From Bigelowiella natans CCMP2755 (Eukaryota; Protista; Cercozoa), in NCBI GenBank assembly GCA_000320545.1, contig ADNK01002519.1, positions 62,001-126,000 on the forward strand: DNA of 64,000 nucleotides. Direction: 5' to 3'. Positions 50,766 to 63,125 of this stretch are shown piece after piece. The notes under the pieces were generated by a model. It saw only the letters and a list, made by a program, of their open reading frames with translations, did no database searches and was not told where the DNA came from. The first letter of the stretch is position 1. Each line of letters opens with the position of its first letter. The translations under genes were made by a program, and so were the position numbers.

Positions 50766-52268
50766 ATGGCACAGCAACTTCTCCGCCGTGTAGCATTTGC
50801 AATGCCTTTCACGGTACTACCTGTCGGTCTAGCTGTTGTGGCCACTGCCCAAGTGGTTTCCCATGTATCCCAACCATATATGGACGAAATCTTCCATGTG
50901 AAGCAAACGCAAGCGTATTGCGACGAACGGTTTCATGAATGGGACGAAAAGATCACCACGCCACCAGGCCTTTACATTGTGAATTACGTGTTGGCTAAAG
51001 CAATGAGCATTATCACACAGCAGCATCTTTCCTCTTCATCCCTCTTCTGCTCACTGCAGGCCCTCAGATGGATTAACATCATTCTATTCTTTGGTTGCGC
51101 AGTTGTTGTTCATACTCTCCTCCATCTACTGCATAAAAATCCAGACGGGAAGAAGGAGGAAAATATCAAAGAGGCATCGTGGCTCGCAAATCATAACTTA
51201 GAACTCTCCCTACATGCTTGCTCGTTGTTGCTATTTCCTCCATTTTTCTTCTTTGTAAGTTTATGCTATACGGATGTTGGAAGCACAGGGACGATACTGC
51301 TTGCATTTCTACTCAATAAAAAGGGTTATCGAGTTGGATCTGCTATTTTCAGTTTACTATCGCTTATCTTCAGGCAGACCAACATCGTTTGGGTTTGCTT
51401 CATTGCAGCTGAGCATCTTATATCGAGGTTTGAGACAGGGACACTTTCGTTGACACCGTCATCGCGGACCTCGGTGGAAGTTTGTCGGCCATCGTCGTTT
51501 CTTGCACTACCGAACTCACTGTTTCATTTCATAGCTGGGGTTCTAAGGAATCTTCCAATCCTGTTAGTCGATTTGTACCCACATGTTTTGTGCGTTTTTA
51601 GTTTTATCCTTGCGGTCTGGGTAAATGGTAGTGTTGCTCTGGGAGATAAAAGCCATCACGCTGTCGCATTACATGTTCCTCAATTCTTCTATTTCGCTTT
51701 TGTTGCATCTGGGTTTCAGTGCGTAGCTGCGGTTCAGTGGGTTTTGAATTCTGGGGTGCAACGTGTAAAATTGATTTACAGTTCAAGTTGGGCATCTTTA
51801 TCTGTTTTCCTTACGACGTCACTGACGGGCTTGGTCTTAGTGTTGGTGTGCATAAAGAAAATGACTTATGTGCATCCATTTCTCCTCGCTGATAATCGTC
51901 ACTACATGTTTTACATATGGCGTCGAATTCTTGATGGAAATGGAAAGTATCTTGCTGCACCTTTTTATGTTATCGCTATGGTCATAATACAGGGCCAACT
52001 ATCGAAATCCTCCCTTTACACGTCCCGTCTCCGACAATTTCTTCTCATTGGTGCTGTCTCCGTGGCTCTAATTCCCTCCCCTCTGCTTGAGTTTCGATAC
52101 TTCATAACACCGTTCTTTTTTGTTTCAATACACATTAAGCCGATGAGTGCTCCGCTTACAGCGATTCAAGTCGTGATTTCGATCTGTATCAACACTCTTG
52201 TTCTTGCTGTCTTCATAGCAAAACCATTCACGTGGAGTGATGGAACGATTGCGCGGTTTATGTGGTAA
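50766..52268 (+). CDS. ALG10: Dol-P-Glc alpha-1,2-glucosyltransferase (DIE2/ALG10)
   Basis: PYMDEIFHVKQTQAYC, WDEKITTPPGLY, YTDVGS, FRQTNIVW, LGDKSHH, HPFLLADNRHYMFYIWRR, LLEFRYF and terminal RFMW. Confidence 0.96.
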   Translation: MAQQLLRRVAFAMPFTVLPVGLAVVATAQVVSHVSQPYMDEIFHVKQTQAYCDERFHEWDEKITTPPGLYIVNYVLAKAMSIITQQHLSSSSLFCSLQALRWINIILFFGCAVVVHTLLHLLHKNPDGKKEENIKEASWLANHNLELSLHACSLLLFPPFFFFVSLCYTDVGSTGTILLAFLLNKKGYRVGSAIFSLLSLIFRQTNIVWVCFIAAEHLISRFETGTLSLTPSSRTSVEVCRPSSFLALPNSLFHFIAGVLRNLPILLVDLYPHVLCVFSFILAVWVNGSVALGDKSHHAVALHVPQFFYFAFVASGFQCVAAVQWVLNSGVQRVKLIYSSSWASLSVFLTTSLTGLVLVLVCIKKMTYVHPFLLADNRHYMFYIWRRILDGNGKYLAAPFYVIAMVIIQGQLSKSSLYTSRLRQFLLIGAVSVALIPSPLLEFRYFITPFFFVSIHIKPMSAPLTAIQVVISICINTLVLAVFIAKPFTWSDGTIARFMW

Positions 52269-52669
52269 ATTAAATTGAAAATTTACATTATTATCTGCTC
52301 ACGTGAAATGAAACATAGCGGCATGTATGGATGTGAGTACGTATCAGTAGTGCGTTCTGCATTTGCGCAGCATGTGACTACGCACCTGCGTATTTTTCCT
52401 ACATATCTAAGTGCAATATATCCTTCGTTATCTAGTTATGCATGTGTGATATGAGATGGATGTAATGAATATGTGATATGTCATGTATGTGTGGCGGGTG
52501 GCGGGCAGACGCCCTATAGCTACTAGCTGCGCGCGCGCGCAAGGCTTCTGTTACCATTTAAATTACAGGTGCGAGCGTAATGCGATAATTACCGCGGACG
52601 ATATTTTACATAGACATATCTTATTCAACAAGTTATCAATGTACAATGCGCCATGCATCACTATATATA

Positions 52670-52708
<39 letters not shown>

Positions 52709-52994
52709 GTGTGTGTGTGTGTGTGTGCGTGTGTAAATATGTAATACGTGCATAACCCTGGCTGTGTTCCATGGCTGCTAATGACTACATGGGGTAGCGT
52801 ACGATCGATGAAGATTGATATTGACATGTCCGCGCGGCTGTATAGATCGATTTGGTGATTTGCGAGTATAGAAAGAAAGCAACTTCTATCGTGCGCTTAT
52901 CAAAGTACGAAATTTTTCTTTCAAATATTTTTAGTGACCAAAATTCAGTTACACTTTTTTTTTCCTCATCAAATTTCAAGGCTGCTAAGCCTGG

Positions 52995-53807
52995 CTACTT
53001 TACATGTTTTCTATCCTTGCTCGAATCGAAACGAGTCTTCTTCCCAGTCACATTTCCAAGACTTGAAAATTTTGACGAAGTGTTAAGTTTCATATCCTCT
53101 TTAGATTTAAGACTTTTCGTCAGCACGCTTCGACCATTGGTGGAGTTGCTCGAGATTTGCCTGCTCTTGCTACTGAATGTGCCAGGTGAAAAAAGACCTC
53201 GAACACGCGAATCACTAACTTTTGGGGAAATTAGCTCAGAATTTTTATTCTTGTTACTATTATTACCATGGGAATTATATCCCAATTTTGACATATGTTT
53301 GGAGATGACATTCACCACTATCTTAACAGTTCCACTGGAAGTTACTCTAGTAACTTCACGTCCTGTCCCCTGAGCAACAAATGTTGGCTCAAAAAATTCA
53401 GGTGGTGTAGCCATAATCCATGAGGTGATTCGTCGACACAGAGAACTAGATTTTGGAGTATATAAAGAAGAGTACCGAACATGTCGGCCTTCTGTGGTAG
53501 GAAGAAGCATTGAGCTGTAACCTTTAATGACCTCATTTCCCATCATAGAGTGTCCAATGACGCTCACTACTAAACGTGGCCATCCAAATGCATTCGTTGA
53601 CTTCAGTGTAAAGTCGATTGGGTGATTCCATACAAAAACAGGATCTGCTCCTGCTGGCCTCTTAGCAATCTGAGAAGTTCCAGTTTCCATTCCATGCACG
53701 AAAGACCAATCCTTTCCGTAGACTAGGGCATATCGAACATAAAGATGATCTCCCTCTGGAATCTGACAACCCTCTATAGCCCCATTCACAGAGAGATAAA
53801 ACGCCAT
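52995..53807 (-). CDS. B9D1: B9 domain-containing protein 1 (ciliary transition zone)
   Basis: YGKDW..G.SQ, VWNHPIDFTLKSTNAFGWPRLVVSV, PPEFFEP.FVAQG.GREVTRV.S.G and KLGY, followed by a ~90-aa Ser/Lys-rich extension. Confidence 0.92.
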   Translation of the reverse strand: MAFYLSVNGAIEGCQIPEGDHLYVRYALVYGKDWSFVHGMETGTSQIAKRPAGADPVFVWNHPIDFTLKSTNAFGWPRLVVSVIGHSMMGNEVIKGYSSMLLPTTEGRHVRYSSLYTPKSSSLCRRITSWIMATPPEFFEPTFVAQGTGREVTRVTSSGTVKIVVNVISKHMSKLGYNSHGNNSNKNKNSELISPKVSDSRVRGLFSPGTFSSKSRQISSNSTNGRSVLTKSLKSKEDMKLNTSSKFSSLGNVTGKKTRFDSSKDRKHVK

Positions 53808-54059
53808 TTGGGCTTTACGATGTGGGTAGTGTTTTTGGAGGGCCGCTGTTACTACTTTTAACCTCTCCTACCACTACTCCATTCAAGTATGAAACAGAGG
53901 CCGGAAGAAACTGAAACTGATCAGAAATGGCATCGATTACACTATAAATAGCCTGGAATTTGATACTTGCGACATCAAAAAAGGAAAGGGGTTCCCTCCA
54001 ACACTTCGTCGTCCTTCCTCCTCCGCATGAATGTACTACGTTCTGCTCACAACAAACTC

Positions 54060-55273
54060 ACAGCCGCAAATGGCCAATGAGAGATTCTACGATCTATTTG
54101 CCACTCCTTATTTCGTTATTTTATGAAGATGCAGCTGTCCACGGGAACAACTATCAGTTTGTATCGTAAATCTATGGACAGCTGCACACGAATATACTCA
54201 TCGTTTTCCTTCCAGGAATTATTTCCTTTATGTTCTATTTTTCCTTTCATTACCCGCATGGCCTGAATTCATTCTTCACCATCACTACGATTGTAGTGAA
54301 GTTCGTAGCTCGAACGGGTACGAATAACACAGAAGGCTGAGGACGAAGTTGCAGCAGTTTGAAGTTGCAAGCCTTCTTAGCGGCGTATTCAAGACTCTAA
54401 CGAAAATACCAAGTAAAATATTCTCGGCCTATAATGAGTGATGTCCATGTTAAAAATTCGAAGGAGAACATACAGCGGAGGTTTCAAAATACAGAGAAAC
54501 AGGTGTGTTAATAGGCAATTTAGACTACCGATTCTTATTTAGTATACGTTTCTAGTTCGTTCAGTTATGCGAAAGACTGCAACTTTCCGAGGTTATGCCA
54601 GACAGTAAGGTGAACATATCATAAGTAGCTTTTCTTTTCTTTCATAAAATTTAACAATACAGGAAGAGGATTCCACGAACGTCTCCTTCGAGAAGCTGTA
54701 CTACAGCAAGTATTCTCGACCACATTACAGGCTGTAATTCTCTCCAACTGATAATTTCTCAATTAATAGGAACTTCAGAAAACCTTTTATGGCTGGATAT
54801 CAAGTAGTATGTTCTTACATGTAAAAAATTGACATTAATCTGGAGTTTATACTACTGATATCAGACAACATCTCAAGTGGGCTCGCGTTCATCTTATGGT
54901 AAAATCGTAGTAGGAAATAGATTATTATCGCCTTAAAATTATTGAAATTTGTTATCATGTTCATAAAGAAAAACGTGGGGACGGAAGAAAGAGATCGGTG
55001 AAAACATTGTCAATGGGAAATCAACGCACGTTGCCTTCAAGCAAGGGTATTCAGCAGCGATTGAAAGCAGCATTCCCGAAGACAAACCAAATCAACAGAC
55101 GAAATGTCAACGCGAGCACTAACAAACATCGTGAGGAATACTTTAATCCGTATGAAAAAATAGCGTGTCAACCAGCGTTTAAGAGCCCTCTTCCAATGAT
55201 AAGCCGTAGGGAAATGAACATCAATGATAACCACGACGACGACAACGACGAGGATGATCTCCTCATGACCTAG
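54060..55273 (+). CDS. Multi-exon hypothetical protein (start unresolved)
   Basis: Series of short AG...GT-bounded segments (RRLRTKLQQFEVASLLSGVFK; RGFHERLLREA; QHLKWARVHL) and a terminal exon ending DDLLMT* at 55273. Confidence 0.45.
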
Positions 55274-55577
55274 ATTATGAATCAATAGAATTAATTTCTA
55301 GGCGTCTTATAGCTTTGCAGAAATATAATGAAACGGATGTAATGAAATTGTTACATTTTTTCAATAGTCATCACAATGTAGCTATGTAGAAGAGCAGCGG
55401 CGCTACAGCGCTCATGTTGTTTGTTCGTTTCTGCAATTGTGTGTTCCATTGTGACAAAGCTAGCAAGACATTCAATCCAGCAATGTCACATGTTGAGCGT
55501 GCATGTGAACATGTGTCTCATTCACGTTTTCTCTTTTCAGTGGTTTCACCATCGAGTGTTCCGAATTCATCCCGTCC

Positions 55578-57519
55578 TCATGTTGCATGTCTACAATCCT
55601 CTGAGTGTTTGGAACAGTTTGCACAAAAGCCTGGTGTGACTTCCTTTGCCATGTTTTTCAAAGCGAGTTGAGAATGATCGCCATGCTTTGTGGCGAAGTG
55701 TCTCAGTTGTGCACACAAATTGGACATCAACTTCTTGAACCTTTTTCTCCAAAGCTCTTCGTTTCCGGAATTTCCGTTCATGCTCAAGAGATCTGAATGA
55801 TTTCTTCTGCTGTGCTTTTCATCGTTGTGACATGGCTTGATGGGGCTCCAACCAACGTTGCAGTTTTTTCGGTGTGCAAATGATTCCAAAGGCTTCTCCA
55901 ATGAAGTTCTGAAAACCAGCGTTCCAGTGTGTCCGACAAACTGTCCGGCCATCGATGGAGCAACAAACTGTCGAACACTGCATCAAGTTGCACAGTTGCG
56001 ACCAGCAGCAACAAGTCCGTCGGCAAAGCACACGTTGATGAACTGATTTCATTCGGTGCATTGAAAAGCGGAGAAAGCTCGAGTGTTTTTCCTTGTCCCC
56101 AAAAAAATGGCAGAATCCTTCAGCATTTCGTTTGCAAAAGACTCCAAAGATGATGCTCTCAAGCTAGCAGAGTTCTGGGTTGTTGGCATCAATTTGATTG
56201 CAATGATTGAGGACGCACAGAAAGAGAAAAGCAAGGCCACGGCTAGCTGGCAGCTTGACATTCTGCGATGGATGCAGGCGCGATGCTCTGCCATGGATTT
56301 TGCCATGTCATTTTCAACAAAGATTGCTTTTCACAAAACACACATGCCAGCATGGGATGTGCCTGTGATTTTCATCACGTCACACACCAGCAATTCAGTT
56401 CAGCAGTGGGTCGTCAGTGGGCAAATTTTCGTGTTGCACACTTTCGCAATTTTCGCCACTGATTGCTGATGGGAAGTGAAATTTGGCGCATGCAGTTTTG
56501 ATCAACGCTTTCTTCATTGTTCATTGTTCATTGTGGGGTGTGGTGGTGTGTTCTGCTGCCTTTCTTCTTGATTTCGAACGTTGTGAGTGGACTGGTGGAG
56601 TGTTTGGCGTCAGTGTCACCCCCACAATTGCGAATTTTGTTCCATTTCTGTTTCTTCACAGTGTCCATTGTGAAAATTGACCTCTCCTCGAGACGTGAGC
56701 ATTGTTGGGCTGCAAGCAGACCTGGAGAGTGACCGTCATTGCGGCACGTTTTTCAATGCGATGTGCAAAGAAACTGGTGTCGCATTCATTGTCATCCACA
56801 GGCATGTGCACAACACCTGCGATTTCTCACTGATTCATCAAAAAGCTCCCGGAGGAACCACCAGCACGTGACAAGCACGGACGACCTCGCATCCTGGAGG
56901 TGCGTGCGCAATTTTCCATTTTTTTGAGCCTTCCTGTGGCGAACCAAGCAAGTTCAATGTTGTTGACAGCAATCGTTTCTTTCAACACATTGCGTCTTCT
57001 GTTTGTTTTTTGTCTTCCCAATTTGTCTGTCCCATTCTCACTCCGAACGTTTTGGTGGCGGCACGGCAACTTCGAGGGAATGAGCATTTCTTCTGTTTTC
57101 CTGTGCTCTGATTCGTGACAAACTTCCCTGACGTGTGATTGCGGAGTTCGGCAATTTTTCAAACTCAACGTAACTGGGACCGCCCGCTACTACCGGATGT
57201 AATCTCGATTGACAAAAATCCAAACTACTTTTACTTTGCGACAAAGTGATATCACAAGCGAGTAAAACCTGGTAGTATCGCAAAAGTTGCTAATCGGGAT
57301 GAGTAGACTGCGCAAAAGTTTTGGGAATACGACCTCCAGAATCCAGATTGATCTACCGACAGAACATTCAGATGAGGTCCAGCTGCATATTCGTAAAAAG
57401 CTTGGAACGGCTTGTCGCAGAAGAACATTCCCCTTTGACTCTCCTGTGTTGCCCGTAACTGCGACAAAATCCTGGTCTACCGTCAGACTGTACCTTCTGT
57501 TCCGACTCCATTTAGACAT
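55578..57519 (-). pseudogene. TpA-erased, intron-containing pseudogene of unknown family
   Basis: Track ORFs 56049-56306 and 55578-55952 are in one frame broken only by two TGA codons. About 250 codons have no Tyr and an excess of His/Cys. Relic introns lie upstream; the 5' part (57171-57519) retains TpA. Confidence 0.7.
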
Positions 57520-57635
57520 GAGCTGAATGAAGCATCTGAGGAGACAGTGTTCGCAGCAAGTCGAGCCACTCTCTTTCAGAGAATTAGTTCCTTGCTCTAC
57601 TTGTACTCACTTAATGGTTGCTGTGTTTTGTTAAA

Positions 57636-60600
57636 ATGTTTTCGTTATTGTCACTGTTACTGTGGGCGACTGAGCTTTCAACGGGTTCACCGCTGATAGA
57701 CTCAAACTCTGAGGTCTCAACTGTTGCATCGTAAGCTTTCCATCTTCAAAATTCGAGTAGGACAGACAGCGCAAATGCTTATTATAGGTTGACTAAAGTC
57801 ACAAACGTGGAAATATACAAGTTTGCAACAAACGTTGCGCTCCTTTATGCAACTGAGGTTGAAGATTAAGATGTCCTCCGCCAAAACTTCGATAACATTT
57901 TTTTTATGCTTGCCTCAGATTCAAACACACCGAGTACATGAGATCCCGATCAATACATTCACTGCACAACCTATCGCTGGTGATGGAACAACTGGTACAC
58001 TGGACGGACCAGCATTATCCTCTAAGTTCGATTCCCCTCGATCAGTGGTTGTTGACCCATCAACTACGGCAAATGCGAAGCCTGACTTATATGTCGCAGA
58101 CTCGGTTCCTAATATCTTATTTTAAGTATAAATTCACTCGTTGGTTGCTACTTGTAAGTAGCCTTGACCACTCAAAACAAGTAGATGTTCTGAAGTTACT
58201 TTCTTTAGGGAAACCACTTGATCCGGCACATAGCATGCGATACCAGTGCGTGCACTTCCAGGACTGTGACCAGAATATCTGGTTCCATCCAGGGGTTTCA
58301 AGACGGAAGTTTGCACACAGCTATGTATTGGTCTCCATTTGACCTAGCAGTAGACGGAAGCAACTCAATCATATACGTCGCTGACAAGGTCGAAAGCCGC
58401 GCAAAAGTCGACTATAGCTAATAGCTAATGCTTTTTTATTGCAGAACAACAATGCGGTCCGCAAAATAACCCTCAGCAGTCAGACCACCACTCTGTTTGG
58501 TGACCAATCTAATCTCAACATAGATGGCTCAACAGCAGTTGCAAAGATTGGCAAACCACATGGGATCGATTTTGTAAGTGAATCTCCCATTTGGATAGTA
58601 AAACTAAGAATACAAAGTTTGTTAATCCATCATACTTTGTTTTGGTCTTAATTTAGGTTGTTTCTGGTGGAGATCTGATACTTTATGTGTCCACAAATAA
58701 CTTCCGAACCGTTCGTAAAGTAAATATAGCAACTTCGACTGTGAGCAGTTTAACAACACCCCAGACCACCAACGCCTATACAGATGGGCCTGTTGCTACC
58801 GCAAGATTCGGCTATGGCCCATACAATATCTTTGCGCATATTGCTCCTGGTGGAAATACACATGTTTACCTGACTTCAGATGTAAGCAACATTTTTGTTT
58901 TCTGCATAAATTCTATTATGCATACATGCTATTACTATCAGGGTTATCAGAATATTCGAGTTATTGATGAGACTGCAGGATCTGTACACACGGTGGCAAA
59001 TCCCACACAAAGCTCAGGCTATGTAGATGGATCAGGAAATATTTCTAAATTCAGCTCTCCATTCGGTGTGACAGCGTTTAAAGGAAGTGCAGGGCCACTT
59101 TATGTAGCAGACTATGGAAACAATGTGATTAGGATGATAAAACTGATCACATCATCACCGACACAATCACCATCAGGAACTCCAACCTCTCAACCTTCAA
59201 ACTCCCCAGCTACAGTAGCACCAACAATGTCTCCATCCAAAGAACCAACAACCGTGTCTCCGATTACTTTTGCTCCCTCGGCAAGTCCAGTAACGCTATC
59301 TCCAATTACTTCTTCTCCCTTAACCAGTTCAAGCTTGTCACCGACAGGACAACCAAGCACATCCCCATCGATTTGCCCCTCTCATGGGCCTTTTGTTAGC
59401 CCAACAAAATTACCAACTGCTATCCCGACGTCGTCAAGCTCAACACCAAGCCCGAGCCAAACTCCAATATCCCTGGAACAGACAGTACCTATTATGGTGT
59501 CCGCAGAAATCGACGACGCGGTGTCCCTTTTCACATTTTCATGCGATATCATATTCTTCCTTCATTTCGTTCATAACGTTTATCTTCTTTTCACTAACAC
59601 GAACGTATGCTGTATTCAGATCTCCCGGATCAAAATAACATTCAATTCCTCTACAAATCGACCCTCTTCTTTGGGTTGTCAGATTCTTAAAAATATCTCA
59701 GTAGCTCTCCTTGGGTCTAAGCCAACCTGCGTGTGGGCATCTGCAAAGATTCTTTATATCAACCTTGGCTATCAATTTTCTCTAGGCCCAGGGTCTCTAT
59801 TATCGATCCGTCCCAATGTAATCTCAAGTGTTTCTGGTACAAATTCTCCGGCTCACTCGATCCAAATAGGTGACTTTAATGTCATCCCGTCTGTCTCAAT
59901 TGCTGTATCGCACCCCCAAACACTCGGTGGATGTGACGTGGTTTCGGAAGTGCGAACCATTACTTCAGGTGGAGCAGGTAGGCCTTTACTCTTCAGTTGG
60001 AGACTGCAAAGCGCCGACCCTCCAGACTCGATAGCCCTTACTCAGAGCCTATCCGCTTTAATCCTCAAAGTTGATTCCTCAACCCTCATCATTCCGGCCC
60101 TGAATCTCACAATGGGAACTACCTACTTCTTCAACGTCACAGCAACTAGCTGGCTCAACGCTACGGCGTCGACATATTTTAGTATTGGAAAACTGAATAC
60201 ATCAACCCCAGTGATCTACCTCCCAAGTTCTACAACAATCAATACATATCGAAGCCAGCAACTAGATATAAGAGTCCAAGCGAAACCGCCATTCTGCAAT
60301 CAATCACTTACATCACCCCCAACCGGGCTGAGTATAAAGGGTGAGTGGACACAACTGTCGGGACCAACTTCCATTGTCATACCTGATCCTCACTCAATCT
60401 ACCTTCGACTTCCAAAATGGACGTTTGCACACGGACCATCGACATACCTTCTCAATCTTCATGTCGTAGCTCTAGACAGCCTTGGCCGGGAAATCGGAGC
60501 CCAAAATGTGACTTTTACTGTTCATTTACTCGTAGGAAAACTCGTTGCACGAATAGCAGGAGGAAGCTCCAGGACAATATCTAGAGTAACAACTCCCTGG

Positions 60601-63082
60601 CTTATATTAGACGGATCTAACTCTCGGGATTACATGAATTCTTCAGCCTTGCTATTCTACACCTGGTCGGTTTCAGCTAATAGCTCGACAATGGTTCAAT
60701 TAGCTTTAAACTCGACTTTCTCCTCTTTCAACTTGTCCACACTGTCTCTGAAGTACGGAGTGACGCACCGTATACTTCTAAATGTCACAAGTTTGGCAAG
60801 TGGTAGGACTATAGCCACAAGGACTGCTGGTGCAGAACAAACTCTTCTAATAGAGAATAACAACGCACCAGCAGTGTCAGTTGATCTCCAAACATTGGAA
60901 GTGCCAAATCCAGATGAAAATCTAATTCTTAGAGGAGACATTTATTCAGTAGGAAGCAACACCTATACTTACTCCTGGCAATGCACATCTGGCAATCTTA
61001 ATCTTAACGACCCATACACTGCACGGACGAGTTTGTCAGAGAAATTTTTTGTTATTGCAAGTGAGGCTCTGCTGCCCAATACAATGTACACTTTTGTTCT
61101 TTTTGCTATAAGCTCTACTTCACAGAGTGCAGATGGCAAAGCATCTATCACCATAAAAACCAATGCCCCGCCCAGACTTGGGATTTGCAGCGCAACCCCA
61201 AGCAGTGGTTTGGCTCTGGACACCCTTTTCCATTTTGAGTGTTCTGGATGGGAGGATGAAGATATCCCTCTGCGGTATAGATATGAACAAGTCCAAGGCT
61301 GGAAAACAAAGGAAGTAGGGAATCATATAGAATTAGATGAGGATAGCTTTTTATACCTTGATATCTGTCAACTACGGCATCTCCCTTACTATCGCTCGGT
61401 ATTGCCTTTTCGAAAGGCGGAATATCTAAAAAAATCAGGAAAGTGGATCAGAAACGACTTCCTCGAACTCGCCAATACCAGTCTCATTCGCACTAGCATT
61501 GTGGACAACATGGGTGCCGCTTCGTACACCTATATTGAGCTAAACATATCATTGCCAGAGTCAGTGAATTATAAGATGATAAAAGATGAGCTTGACAAAA
61601 AACTAAAGGAAGGAGACACACAATCCTATTCCGTTCTCTACTCCGCAATGGCATCATACCTCAAGACAAATCGATCTGTTGACTTGACCGAGAGCCCATC
61701 TGTCACACCGGTCGGAATTCGAAATGCCCTCTTAGAGTCTTTGCGGACGACAATCCCATACCAAAATGGGAGCAATGCAAAAGCGGCACGCGTGATTTCA
61801 GCAAAGACCTCAACCGCTCTGTTAGAGGTGACATTAGACTACAAGAAAGTAATAGGAATCTCCAGAAGGTAAGTATGGCCCATATGCTAATATAAGTATA
61901 GAAGGTTGATTGGTGTGCAACCTGCAAAATGTGGACATCCTTGCAACTTTTACACTGAATTGAAGAATGTGAATTTTCAGGACTACGGCACAGGGGCTCG
62001 AACTCCTTACCGATTCCTTGGCTGTGGCGAGGAATTCAGAACTTCGATTTTCCGACATGATGAGCACGGTCATCTCTTCTATCACAGCTGCAAGTCATGT
62101 TGTTGCGCATTCGGCAGAGTCAACAACGGACGACAGCGTTGGAACTGAAAGACTGGATAACATATTAGCGACGAATTTGGGGGACATTCTATTCGATATT
62201 CCGTTTATCGTTCTCAATCACTCAGCAGTTGGGGAACAGAGTAGTGTTGGTTCGAGCATAGGGAACCGAAAACAATCAATTCATTTCGCCTGTCGGCGAC
62301 TATATTCCAAGGACCTAGCGGGAACAGCTCTGAGCACTCAATCCTCCACCGCAACAGTTGCTTTTCTAAATAGTTCAATAAACTCTTCAACGATTCAAAT
62401 ATCTTTAATCGGCATCAAGGAGGATCCTCTTTATTTTATTACTAAGAATGAAACTATAATATATGGTGGTGCAAGCATGGTGCAGATATGCGAAGAGAGT
62501 GTGGAGGGAGCCAGTCAAACGCGTAGTGTATGCAAAGCGTGTTCAGCTAAGAATCTACAAAGGAGCAGAGAGAACGCCTCTTGTCTGGCAGACAGTTCTT
62601 CAATCACAAATTTCACATTCACAATTCCTGTTGGCGCAGGGGGTACTGTGGATTCTTCGAGCGGCCTTGTTTCCAAGCCCGTCCTCTGGAATGGAAGTAG
62701 CTGGCAAAGACGTGAAATACGAGTTAAGACTCCAAACGGATCGCGTAGCCTGTATGAGACGAGCACCAATTCCCCTCGAAGGCTCACATTTTCAAACTCT
62801 TGGGTCCACATAGAGGTAATAGTTTCACACTCTCCTTGATTTTTATAACCCTTTTTGTCTCAGCTCAACACCTATGACGAGGCCACGCTGAGAAATCCAG
62901 ATATCTACGATCCCAGAAAAAATGGAGCTTTAGCCTTTGTACTGGGTTTGCTAGTTGCGTACGTTGTCCTGTTCGTCGTTGCGTACTTCTACGATGGCCG
63001 GTAAGTTTTGAAGTTTACAGATATTTGTGCGTTCTTTACTGTGTATACACCTCATAGAGGAGAAAGAGAAGAGGGAGACAGA

Positions 63083-63125
<43 letters not shown>

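Noticed and set aside
44883-53807. Functional clustering of N-glycosylation genes (MGAT1, ALG10) or ciliary genes (B9D1, CFAP43)
   Set aside because: Unrelated genes are interspersed and there is no shared regulatory evidence; compatible with chance.
55414-57170. Dense overlapping ORFs on both strands as real small genes or a recoded (TGA=Trp) gene
   Set aside because: Loss of TpA removes TAA/TAG stops and inflates ORFs in all frames. Neighbouring genes use TGA as stop (MTHFR, DASS), so recoding is unsupported.
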